This document shows positions 13,367-26,034 of a DNA stretch of 60,000 bases, in pieces. Each line of letters begins with the position of its first letter. Positions within the stretch are counted from its first letter, which is position 1. The notes beneath the pieces are model-generated. The model searched no databases and had not been told where the DNA came from. It was given only the letters and a program-made list of their open reading frames with translations. The position numbers and the translations under genes were made by a program. The stretch comes from Lytechinus pictus (lineage: Eukaryota), in the NCBI RefSeq assembly GCF_037042905.1, contig NC_087245.1:29514001-29574000 (forward strand), read 5' to 3'.

Positions 13367-14563
13367 CTGTAAATGATGCTGTATTGTGTAATATATTTGA
13401 CTTGTCTCTTTCTTCTCGTATTTATGTACCAGAGTTTGAATCTTATTCACTGATAAAGCTCCATTTCACAAGGTGGTTTCCGAATTCTTGATTTTAGCCA
13501 TGGCTTATTCAGAATTCGTGCATTAAAGGGGTATAAAAACCCAAAAGAAAAGTTGTTTTTAGAGGAAAATGAAAAATCAGACAACTAGATAGGTGAATCT
13601 GGCAAACAAAAAGAAAATTATGAATTTTAAAAACCAAAAAAAAAAATGGTAATCACTATACGGTAGACGTGAAGACTTCTTCTTACACGAGGACGTTGAA
13701 AAATACATAAATTCACCCAGTTGTGTAAAATGAATTGCAGTTTACGGGTGTAAAAAATATAGTAATTTTAATATTTATACCCATCTAGAGTGCCCTTAAC
13801 ATTTTTTTGTATGAAACGCTGTGAAGTATGTTTTGATTGGTAATATCCAAATATCAGGCATATTGAATTCAAGAAAGGGGTGGTCCTTTTACAGAGATAA
13901 GATTGTGTTAAGATTTTGAATACCGATTTACTATGATTTTACATCTTCCTATCTCAATAATAAAGATATAAACGTTTTCAGAATACCATCCCTAGAAAAT
14001 TCAAAAGCGTCAAAGTAACACTTTCGGGGGGGGGGGGGTGGTTAAATTCATTCCACCTATTTTCATCTTTATTTCAATTTAATTTATTCATCCAGTAGTG
14101 TAAAAAGGATCATTCCTTTTCTGATGGAAAAGTTATACCAATGAAACCGGCTCCAGACCAACAAATGACACAGTATTGGTTGGTTTCCTCAGTGTGTGAC
14201 TCTAGCATAGCTGCATTCAATCTTTGACATAATTATGACTTTTATTTCAATCTCAATTTCTTTAAAAGCAAATTGAACTAGTAGCCTTATATGGCACAAT
14301 CGCAGGTCCTCAACTACTTCAATCTGGCTCGGTGACTAACCCATAATGCAACATTCTGAGAAGTGGTCTTGTAATATAAACAAGCTACCAACCTGAACAA
14401 GAACATTTCAGTATTTTTCAAAGCTGAAAATCTGTATTTTCAAAAAAGTACCATAGGACAACATATAAAACTGAAAAAAAACTTTAGAAATCCGCAGTTT
14501 GCATGAAACCATCAGTATTCTCCTCATTACTTGGTAGATCTGTTTAACACACTCATTCACTAT

Positions 14564-14986
14564 TACCGTGTTGGTTTTGAACCGATGCAGCATCGGCTTT
14601 TTCATAGCGTGTAAATGCGATTAACTTGTATCGGCTCTCGGTTCATAATCAGCAATTTTGCACCACCAAAGTAGTAGGTTCTGAACCGCGAGCCGATGCA
14701 GAATCGGCTTTTTTACTACGTGTAAACAGAAAGCCGATTCTGCATCGGCAATTGGTGCGCATTTCATTTACTTTACCATTAAAACGTAATTGTAAGCGCA
14801 CGGATCCAGCGTTGTCTTTATTATGACGTATATTGTTGGTGCGTGTATCATTTCAGGTTTTTGACATGCGAGCCGATTCTGCACCGCGAGCTGTAACTGT
14901 GTAAACACGATGCAAGATAAACCAAAAGCCGATTCTGCATCAGCTTTTGGTTATGAACCGAAAGCCGATCACATGTAAACACGGTA
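14564..14986. mobile_element. MITE with GCCGATGCAGAATCGGC subrepeats, copy 1
   Basis: Ends taccgtgtt / tgtaaacacggta; close copy at 56797-57074. Confidence 0.75.
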
Positions 14987-15197
14987 TATTCAACACATTC
15001 TTACCGCAATAATTATGTTACCAAGTAGCAAAACAAGTACTTTTCCTCTCAAACCATTGAAATTTCTCAATACAATTACAACCTTCAATACAATTGTAGG
15101 CTAATTCATTCTCTGTATAATTAATAGATAATTTCAAAAGGTATATTTTAAGATTTATTTTTTTATATTTTTGTCATTGACAACACACAGTATTGAT

Positions 15198-15291
15198 CTG
15201 GGGTCCATTTCATAAAGAGTTTAAACTATGGTAACTTTGCCATTATGGCAACTACCATGGTAACCTTGATTTTGATTGCCTGCTGAGCCCC
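15198..15291. mobile_element. Truncated copy of the palindromic MITE at 26321-26481
   Basis: Shared gtaactttgccattatggcaactaccatggtaaccttgattttga...ctgctgagccc. Confidence 0.7.
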
Positions 15292-16624
15292 AGGTAGCTC
15301 TCACTTCCATACAATGAAGATACATTAGTATATCTCATGACTCGCCAACAGGAAACATCAAGACTCAATACAATTTTGATGGAACATTTTTTTTTTATTT
15401 GTTTCATTACTTGCCAAATTACAGAATGTAACAGCAAGATATCATTAATAATATTAATAATACATACATACATACAGAAAACAAGAGTAAAATGCATTCA
15501 CTACGACAATCTCTTGTGTCAAACATAGATTCCATTTTACCTTTTTTCATAACATTTTTTTTCTTCAAAATCTGCACAATGCAAACAAACAAGAAATAAT
15601 GGATTAAGAAATCAACACAATCAGATCGACATGAATTAAATTTCACAAAATGAGTTAGAAGTTTTTTGTTTCAAACAAACATGTTGGAACATAGGAAAAA
15701 TAAACAAACAAAAAGGAAAAAAAAGAATCTGTATGATACAAATATTTCATATAATTATTCACATAGGTTTCTCTCTGTACAAGTTTCTTTTTTATATGTG
15801 GCCTCTGAACAAAAAAAAATCCTAAATAATACATTTCCTCTGTGGAAATAAACAATCATAAAAAAAAAATAAGCAAGATATTTCTGCTTTAGCAATACAT
15901 AAAGATGAAAACTTAATTTCCAAAACACAATATGCAAATGGATTGATGCTGCTACTCTGATTATCAATACACATGATATGCAATAAACACAAGTATGTAC
16001 ACGCAACAAAATGCTATTTCTAATCTGTAAATTTCTTAAAGCGCCTTTTTTTTCACTCGTTGGTGTATATACATGAATGCAACATCCATATCTAAGTTTA
16101 GAACATAAAAGACATAAAAGCATCACAATGAATTTGTAGTAGGAAGAAATTTAAATTGGACGATGAAAAATTCTGGAAAAATGATAAATTAAATTTCAAA
16201 CTCAACAATTGTTATTGTTTTATATATCAATTCTTTTAGCTAACATGTTTGAGGGGTTGTAACAGAATGCTGAAATATAATATATGTAAGCTCATCCTTA
16301 GTCACTATGTCTATGTACATGAGTATGGAAGGTACCAGCCGTCACTACTCTCGGGATTGCATTGTTTCGATGATCTAAAGGTAAATCTTTGTGACGACAC
16401 AATCATCTCATTTTTACCCTTCATTTAAGCCAAGAAACAAGGACAAACCACTTCTAAAGGTTAAAAATAAGGATCATTCCTGTAATTTCTACATTACTTG
16501 TATTTGTGCGAGTCTTGTAAAACCACTTGAAATACGCAGGATGATATCAAATGGAAACATATTTAATGAAGCACTTCAGACCACTTTTAATCTTGACCAC
16601 CATTAATCTCTGTTCTTTTTATAA

Positions 16625-16710
16625 AAGTGGAGACAATGGCAAAGTGGGGATTCGAACTAACAACCTCACGATCAAGAGTCCAATGCTCTAACCACTTCAC
16701 TGCACGGCCC
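16625..16710 (-). mobile_element. tRNA-derived SINE head fragment
   Basis: Minus strand reads gtggttagagcattggactcttgatcgtgaggttgttagttcgaatcccc (A/B-box like) without a full cloverleaf. Confidence 0.55.
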
Positions 16711-16964
16711 ATGTAAAGTTGACACATTAGCAGTGGAAAACTAACAAAAGGAGAGGTCATCTGGGTCCAGTATCACAAGGCATTGTGTTTGATCGTATGA
16801 TTGACTTTTATGATCGATTGTACACTGTAGTCAATAGAAACAATCGTAAAATTGGTCCCAACATCGCTTTGTGTTCCTGCGCCCTGGTCAGAGGATTGGA
16901 AGTTGTCTTCCAGTCTATGCAGCAGTGTAAGAGTGATTTTTTTTGGCAAATTAAAAGCTGTCAG

Positions 16965-17038
16965 ATGTCACCTGACACCTATATGTCACCTGACACCTAT
17001 ATGATGTCACCTGACACCTATATGTCACCTGACACCTA
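16965..17038. repeat. Minisatellite, 4 x 18-bp ATGTCACCTGACACCTAT
   Basis: Direct tandem copies, one 3-nt insertion. Confidence 0.9.
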
Positions 17039-17128
17039 CTTGATTTCACAAAAAAAAAAGTGGGCTAATAACTTTCTAAGTGTGAAAAACCACAGACTAC
17101 ATACCACTGTACACTTTGACTGCTGTAA

Positions 17129-17383
17129 GGGTCCCATCTTACAAAGACTTGCGATTGATTCAATCAATCGCAACTATGGAAATCCAGCAACGTCAATATG
17201 TAAAATACATTTCTAGAAATGACTTACATTCATACATTTACTGTTTCCTTGACAATTCAGTGTGCTCCTTTTAGTTTTCAAAGGACATTGAGGAAATTTC
17301 CTTTAAAAAAATTATGACATTGATGGATTTCCATATACTTGAGATTGATCGGATCAATTGTAACTCTTTGTAATACGGGGCCC
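17129..17383. mobile_element. Small MITE
   Basis: TIRs gggtcccatcttacaaagacttgcgattgat / atcaattgtaactctttgtaatacggggccc. Confidence 0.6.
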
Positions 17384-20301
17384 TGGAGAACAAAACTTAC
17401 AAGAACTTGATACATTTACCTCAAAACCTGTTTGAACTTCACAAATTGTTGAAACAGCCATATTTTTCAAACGTACATGTATGATGTGTGCATGAAAAAG
17501 GATGATTGAACAGAAACTATTTCTCATTATATGTCTTATACAACAGACACACTCCTTCATAATTCATCTTCAGTGCTTGATAGTTGGTCATAATAGGTGG
17601 GAAACTTCACATATAATGACAAAATTTGCTGTATTTAACAGCTCAAAGTATTTTTTTATTTTGTTTTTCAGCACGAGCATTTGTTTACAAAAGATTTAAT
17701 GCAGCAATTTCTTTGAATGGTATGAAAATTCATATTTGTTTTATTTTATATATAAAAATTCTTTGAGTATTACTCACCATTAAATTAAAAGCAATGTAAT
17801 CAATTTTTAAGAAAAAAAGGGAAAAGCTGAGCCATGCTCCCCATGAAACCATATCAAAAAAAGGTTGAAAAAAAATCATAATTGAATACCTAAAGAGATT
17901 TTATAACATCACAAATCCTCTAAAAAAGACTTAATTGAACTATTTTACGAAAAAAGTATCAGAATTATAATAAGCATTCTCCTTGCATGAGTGAATGCAA
18001 ATTAATCAAATCATTTGTTACAAATTATTAAAAATAAAAATGAATTATTCTGACAGTGATGTAGAAATTCAACCAATTCTTTAACTACTCGGATTTTTTA
18101 CTGTACCATTAAATTCTGGAGGAAGTTGAAGAAATTTTTTTGGAGAAACAAAACGTACATGAACTTTGATTTTTATTCCATGATACAAGAAATCTCTTTA
18201 CTACTCGGCACAGTTTTTGGCATATTTACAAAGTATAGGGTGATAATAATAACAACAATGAAGATATAACACAAAAATATCTTGCAATACAGAGAAAATA
18301 GAATAAAGAGGAAGAAATAAAATTTTTAAATAAAAATTCTGCTTTTCGTTCATTTTCTTCTAAATAATGCAGGGAAGCAAAATAGGTGGAGCATATATGC
18401 AAAACACAATGATTTTGTTTCAGCATTTGAGTCACTCAAAATCTCAGTATACAATTAACATATTGTCTCTCTCTCTCTTCTCTCTCTCTCTCCCTCAACC
18501 TCAACATAAGTAATTCTCTTTTCATTCATAAGCTCACTCATAATAAGTCTCATATAAAAACATTGAAATAATTATATATTCATATATTCATATTTACAAC
18601 CATGTATATCATCATCTGTACAGGCATCTGTGCAATACAATCTTAATATGAGAAAAGATAAAAGGAAAGAAAGAGGAAAGAAAGAGGAAAGATGGAAAGA
18701 GAGTCACAAAGAGGGGAGTTTACACCACCACTCCATTCTAATTAATCATTTCTTTTCAAAAACCCAAAAGGAAAACTAGAGAAATAATATTTAGGCTTCT
18801 GTCTCAGAAACAAACTTACATTATTAAATTCGCCAAATCCAAAAGCAAATCTCATTTTAACTTTTCTATCCTGGATAAGACAAGAAAGACAAAATTCATT
18901 TAAATATCATTCCAAGAGTAAGAATGGCATTAACTGACAAACAATTATTTTCTGTTTGGTGGGCAACTCTTTCAATAATGCATCAAATTACCAAGTCAAA
19001 TCCATTCCAACATTTTCAATTCAATCAAGTTAGCAAGTGCATGTTCTAGAAGTCTCACAACGTTCGGAGAAAGGAAAAATATTTCACCTTAACCCTTGTT
19101 CACATTCTCTGGTTTTTTTTCCTTTGAGATGACATAGAGGGGAATTTAAGGTTCCCTGAGATTATCTAAACCCCTCATCATAAAAATCTTCATTGCTGCA
19201 TCTCTTGGTGTAACATGTAAGGATAATCCTTTTTTTCCAATGAATGGTTAAAATAAAGGTCTCCTTTTTTCAAAATTGTTCTTATGTTTAGAGAAGAAAT
19301 AGTTTGTAAAGAAGAGGAAACTGAATATAATATTGTCAGATAGCATGCACATGATGTGAATACAAAGTAAAACCACTTGGACTTGCAAGATTTCTCGACA
19401 TCACTGTGCTTCACATAAATTGATTTCTTCATGTTACAAACGGTGCCATGTAACACATAACGTAGATTCCCGTTGCACAAAATTATTTATCAAATTACAC
19501 GTTGCTGTTACAAGCTACTGGAATTACGTAATTATTGAAGCGATGTCACATCCGTGCTTGGTGTATTGTATGTATAAGGTGAACCAAATTTTATGAATGA
19601 AATAACAGATTTGTAGCTGATGAAATGATTAAAAAAAAAAAAATACCTCTTGAAATGCAATCAAACACAAATTGATACATATCATATGGCATATAGTATC
19701 AATCCATCTCCTGGCATTTGTGAAAACGAGCCTCCTTCTCAATATCTATGAATGTGTTAATGTACCTAGGCATCAGTTTGATGTTCATCTTAATTTGGTG
19801 TGACACGCCATACATTCTGCATGCTATGTTGCCCGGCATATATCATTAGACAAAGCCTCTTCCGATAAAGTTTCCGTGCAATCCCCTTTGCTAGTTCAAT
19901 AACTGTTCTCCAGTGATTTGTACAGATAATCTGGCACAAGAAAATGTAGTGCAGCATTAATAGAAAAAAAATCGACTCCATTTCGTCTTTTGTGAAAATC
20001 AATTGCATGAAAGTCGACGAGAACCAGCTAGATGAACCACTGGACCAACACACACGATGCAATTACAGTGTAATAATATCATATGCGCATACAGCCCACA
20101 TGCAGGAAATGATGCTGTCTTCAATTAAATATTGATCCTTTTTTTTTGCGGGTCGCACGAATTGGTGCATTGCAATGGAAGTTCACACGAACATCACAAC
20201 AAACAATATTTTCTGACAATGTGGATTGTTATCTGCAAGTGTTGATGAATGGAATTACCAAGATCATTTAACTACATCTGGAAATATCAAGTCAAAGAGA
20301 C

Positions 20302-20364
20302 TCAGTCCAAGAGCAGTTTCTGAAGAAGGCTGCTGCCTTTTCCTTCAACTTCATGGCCACCCAT
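20302..20364 (-). CDS. NCOA: NCOA coding exon 19 (terminal, C-terminal LxxLL)
   Basis: gtag|[23 protein letters not shown]. Confidence 0.88.
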   Translation of the reverse strand: MGGHEVEGKGSSLLQKLLLD

Positions 20365-23300
20365 CTACAGATAGAGAGGGAGAGAGACAGAACGATAGAG
20401 AAAGAGAGAGAGAAAGATGGATAGGGAGAGAGGGAAGACATATGGGAATGGGGGAAAAAATAAGAAAACTTTTTTACTTCCTTTCAATAACAAGATCATC
20501 CATATTAATCACATAAATTTGAGGGACACTCATCAGATTTATTATCATTAATTTGTTAATTTATTTGTTCTTGTTTGTTTCATTCTTTGTGTGTGTTTTA
20601 TGACTCTTCTCTTTTCTTTTCTTTCATTTTATTTGACTTTTGCATTTATTAATTTGTATATTTATTATTATCATATTATTATTTATTCATTTTTTTTTTT
20701 TTTTTTTGGGGGGGTGGATGGAATTTCTAAAATTTCTTGTGTATTTTTTCCCCTCCAGTGAAGGCATGAATAAGGACATGACTTTACCTCATCAGCTCCT
20801 GGGGGGAAACCCCCTTGACCCTGTCCAGGCATCATACCCCCTGGTCTCTGCTTCAGCTGGTTACGGAATAAGTTGGAGGCGCGGGTGGTTGCATCCGGTG
20901 CTTCCTTGGCATTGGAGATCTCCACAAACTCCTGCGGGGATATACACAATGGTGTTTAATATACATGTATATCCATCTCTAATTCTCATTTAACGCTGTA
21001 CACGCTAATCGCGGAAGAGGTTTACGGTACACTATGTGGCGAGTCCTTGGTGAATTAAAACATGTGGATATAGGTAGAAGTGAAATGGAGAGGGAAAAAA
21101 GTAGAAGGTTGGAAGGTATAATATTCTTTTCTCAAAAGAGTGTAGTCCTAAAAAGGACTCTAAACCAGAAGAGATGAGAGCCTTGAGTAGTTGGAGAGAT
21201 GAGAAAAGGCTGGGTTAAGTAGGCGAGCGAAGTTGAAGAGAAGACTCATGCAGGTTGACTGTCCATTTCACTTCTACCTTCGTCCTCTATCCACTTTTCG
21301 TCCTTATAGGACTCACCACGTGGTGTACCGTAAACTTCTTCAGCATTTATTCATACCACCATGCAAAAGCCAAACCCTTTAACATTATCTTACATGCCAC
21401 TATCACCAACTGCAACGAAATAATATGCATACCTCCCAAAGAACTGCAATTCACTTGGCATGTAGGGAGTTAAACCCCCACTTTAAGGTCACTGTGCAGG
21501 TTCTGTTTCAATCTAGCTATGAGTTAGTTTCAGAGAGTACATATCTAGTCAAATCAAGAAACTTTAAGCACATCAAGCAAAGAAATTAAAAGTGTTGCAA
21601 GATCGTTAATCTACTTTATATTCAGGAAGAGACAATTTAATATCTCATACTCTCATTGTGATGATATGTCTCAATGTCAGATCATTGTCTTCATTACCTG
21701 ATATCTTTTCCTTGCATCCTGCCTGGCCTGGTTCTCTGCATAGGACGAAGTGCCGCCGGGTCGTACAGGTCCAGTGCTATCTGGCTGACTGACGTAGCTG
21801 TTGGCCTGACCTGGCCCCATGCCCTTGCTTGCTTCCAATCCAACATTCTTTTCATCTTTGTTGTAGGCTGAATGAATGAGAGAGAAAAGGGAGGGGGGAA
21901 AACCCCATTTTCAGAATAGAATAAGACAAGCACTGAAAGGTGAATTATAGACAGAGATGCCAACATTCTTCAACACAAAGAGTATTCTTAGAAAGAAAAA
22001 AAGAAGAGGTTTTTTTTACAAGGGTTGCAAATATTTTCAATCAATTGCAAGACATGTTATCAATTCGGGGACCCCAGATAGATTTTCAAATGATCACAAG
22101 TTTCTTGAAACCCCCTTTTAGATCTATAACTAGTTGTAAAACAAAGTGTTACTTACTGGGATCAAGAAGTTCCATAGTGAGCCCAAGTATATCTAGATCC
22201 GGTGTAGAGGGTGCCATGTTGTTACCCCCTGGTGCACCGGGTCTGCCCATGTTACCCCGGTAAGCTGCTGAACCACCCATGTGGCTACTTTGCTACAAGG
22301 TGAAATAAAGAGAGAGAGAAGGGGTTAGGGTGGAGAAAATGTAACAAAAACCAAGCAAATAACTGTAGTTATTTTTTTTTAAATCTTGCCTTATTTTACT
22401 CTTTCCTTCATTTGTCTGCAGAATATTTCTAAAATATTAGGGAGTCATAAGTCAATAAAGAATATACTATCAATCAATATACACAGATATTTGATAAGCA
22501 TTGTTTTACAAAGGAATATCTAGGTAATATAATACCATTCTGATTTTAAAGTGCACCTAACAACGTCTCTGAGCACTACAAATATCAAACTAATAGGAAG
22601 TTTTTATATAGACAATTTCGTTTGCTTATTAAAGCACCTTGTTAAAAGTCAGAGCCACATCTTTCCTGCAGGAATCCTGTAAGGCCCCCATTCCACAGAG
22701 GGGAGACCTGTGAAGGACCTCTCAAAGACCAAAAATTGGCAAGGTCTTACAGCAGTCTCCAAGATCACTGAAATTTGTCATATCTGTGGAATGGCTCAGA
22801 AAGACCCCTCAAAGATCTCTGAAAGACTGATGGATATTTATTGTCTTACTGGTCTTTGACTAGTCCTATAGAGATCTCTAAATGGTCTTTCAGAGATCTT
22901 TTTTGCAACAAGTGATCTTTCAGAATTCTTTCCATGGACTCTGCCTGGTCTTTCAATAATCTTTCAATGATCTCTCATGAGTCTTACAGTGATCTCCGCA
23001 AAAATCTTGAGAGACTGCCGAAAGATCATGGAAAAACTAATAGGAATTTTGAAAGTTCATTGAAAGACCACTGAAAGACTGCTGAAAAACCATCAAAAGA
23101 CTATTTTTTTGTAAGACCCCTGAAAGACTGTTTTGAACCGTTTCAAAGAGTTTTGGAGATCATGGAGACCACTGAAAGATCCATCAGGAATCGTGAAAGA
23201 CCCCTTGTTGAAAGACCCTTGAAAGATCAAGCAAGTTTCATGGTCTTACAGCAGTCTTTCAATTAAAAATCATCACAAAGAATTAAAGCACAGACTTTGA

Positions 23301-26002
23301 CGAGTTGCCTTTAGCCACACAAAAATAATGACTATAAATCAGAATACTCCATAAGAGAAGAAACAGGTACCTGTCCAGGAGCACTGGCAGTTGACGGGAC
23401 ACTGGTCGTTGATGTTACCGCCATGGTCTTCATCCCTTGCTGGTGTTGCTGCTGCTGCTGTTGTGGTGGTTGTTGCTGGTTTTGGGAGGTGGGTTGGGGG
23501 ATTTGCTGCTGTGTTTGCTGCTGTGGAGTGGTGGTAGTGGTTGAGGTGGTTTGGTTTGGGTTGTTGCTGTTGTAGCTGATACTTGCAAGGCTTGGCAGGT
23601 TGATGGGAGTGGGGATGGAGGTGGGCATCGGTAGTCCAGGTCGGATTCCACCACCAGCCTGGTATTCAATCATAAAGGAATAGAGAGGATATTTGCATTT
23701 TTATTTGATCGATGTGTTCTTCAGGGCTTATATCAATCGAAGGCCATCAGAGGCCTCTGGTGCCCTTTTTATTAGCCTTAATGCCCCTCTCATTGGCCTT
23801 GGAGATATGTTGTACATTTTTGTATCTTCTTCCCCCACTTGTCCTGTAATATTAAATGTGCCCTACAGAAAAGTGGCCTTGCCCTGAATGTGTCAAATAG
23901 AATGGTGTTCCATGATTCTACATACATAATATAAACATACATACTAAACACAACAGTCCGAACAAACAGCCTGTGAGAAAAAGCATGTAGTGGAGATAAA
24001 TCAATCAGTGCTTACTCACCTGAGTTGTGGTCATGTTTCCAACTGGAGTACGCCGATTCCTCGCTGAGCTTGTCAAGTCCATGTTGGGTTGCATACTACC
24101 AAACATGTCAGGTCCCATACTGCTCTGTCCCATACCCTGTGACATGCTTCCTGGTGTCATGGTACCAGCACCGCTCATCTGCTGCTGATTCATCCCCGGA
24201 GGTACCATCCCCGGATTACTGGCGGTACCTTGGTTGGGGTTCATCTGACCATTGTTCCACCGCATGTTACCCGGCGTCCCCGCCCCCGGACCGGCAGAAA
24301 CCGGCATCTGTCCACTTCCACCAGGCATCTGACCTCCTTGCATGCTCCCCATACCGGAAGTCATCCCCATCGAGTTTGCCCGTTGTAGTTGCGGCTGTTG
24401 GAAGGGTTGACTGTACGGCTCAGGTTCCATGTTGCCCGGCGTCATCTGCTGCGGCATGCTCAGGCTACGGCTAAGCATGTGCTGCTTCATGCCCATGGCA
24501 CCCATGCCGTGTCCCTGGCTCAGGTTGGGGCGGGGAATGTTGGGGTTGATACCAGTCGGCCTCATGCCCCCCATACCGGGATGCTGGTTGGGGTTCATAC
24601 CCATGGATCCCTGGCCCGGGGGCATCATGTTACCCATACCTCCCATCCCTCCAAAGTCCTGGGGGTAGTTCTGCCCCCCTTGGTAGCCCATATGCTGGCT
24701 TTGAGGTGGCATCATCTGGCCGAATGAAGGTTGCCTGAAGTCTGCACCCGGTGCTCTGTGGGGATACTGCTGGGGGCCACCACCCATTTGATGCTGTCCC
24801 ATTCCTGGCCCTCCACCCATCGGGTGGTTCATCTGATTGGGGAACATCATCTTCTGTTTGGGTGGCTAGATATGGAGGGGGGAGGATAAAAATGGAATAA
24901 TCACTTTCATAAATCCAAGGTGAAACTGGTAATAACATAACTCATGTGGCACCCTTTAGGAAAAGATTAACATTCAATTTATACCACATAACCAAAAATG
25001 CGAGATGGCTGAAATTAACACTTAGGTCTGTTATATTGGTTTTCCAATTACAAACATAATCACAATATAATATAAGTGGTAACAATTTAAACAGAACATC
25101 AAGGCAATAACACTTCCCATAATAATGACAAATATAACTGTTTTAAATCACTTTGGATAGTTTGATAATTCAAATTATCCATAATTGACCTTTTTCAATA
25201 TATATTTCCACTGCTTATCTAAAACCCAGAGAACACATGCATGATAAAGTATAGACAGAACTTGCTACACAATTATAAAACTGAGATTGGAAAAAGGTCA
25301 CGGGAAAGAACGCAAAGGGAAAAAAATCAAAGGATGCAGTCTGTTACCTGTATGCTGACATTAGGTGGAACAATGTTGTTTGATGCAGAGAACTCATTGT
25401 AGCCTTGTGAATCCATCTGAACAAAATGAAAAAAGGTATAAATTAAATCTGATGGAAATACAAAAGGTCTTGAAGGAGAATTAATCATCAATTATTGCTT
25501 CCAAAACAATGTAAAGTATGTTTTGGTGAAAAGGGAGAGGGGGGTAGATCAAACAATATAAGAGGTACTTCCATGAAAAGTAGAAGAGGTAGATGTATGT
25601 TGCCCACCGGAAAACATTAAAAAAGAGAATTGCAAGTCTTAGAAAATGAAGGGGCCATTTTTTTTACATTATCACTACATTTTTTTAATATCCTTATCAA
25701 GGACAACATTTGTTGTACAAATTCGAACTTGATGCAATGTTCAAAAAAGGTAAAAAAGAAGGGAAAACAAAATTGAGAGAAAGAATGAATGCTCCTTTTT
25801 TCCGATAGAAGATATGTCCTTCAACTATTAAGCCCTTCACCCATTAACTAGACAGAATATGGCAGAAACTTTGCATCTCTCAATGCCAATTATAATCACT
25901 TTTTTGTTGGTGGTTGCAACTTTTCCCGCAACACCGACCTGTGGTCCCGAAAAGGTCTGTTGTTGAGATTGCTGGTGCAGCATCATAAGATTCTTCTGTT
26001 GT

Positions 26003-26034
<32 letters not shown>

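Noticed and set aside
16625..16710. tRNA gene
   Set aside because: Cloverleaf incomplete; consistent with a SINE head
16785..17216. 143-aa ORF with MSPDTY repeats, superficially like the Pol II CTD
   Set aside because: Translation of the 18-bp minisatellite and flanking MITEs; no splice or homology support; no spacers, so not CRISPR
18630..18637. miR-92 family 8-mer site GTGCAATA
   Set aside because: On the + strand, antisense to the NCOA 3' UTR
20683..20787. Read-through of exon 18 ending in NLS-like PPKKKKK
   Set aside because: Derived from intronic homopolymer runs; a good donor and a terminal exon exist
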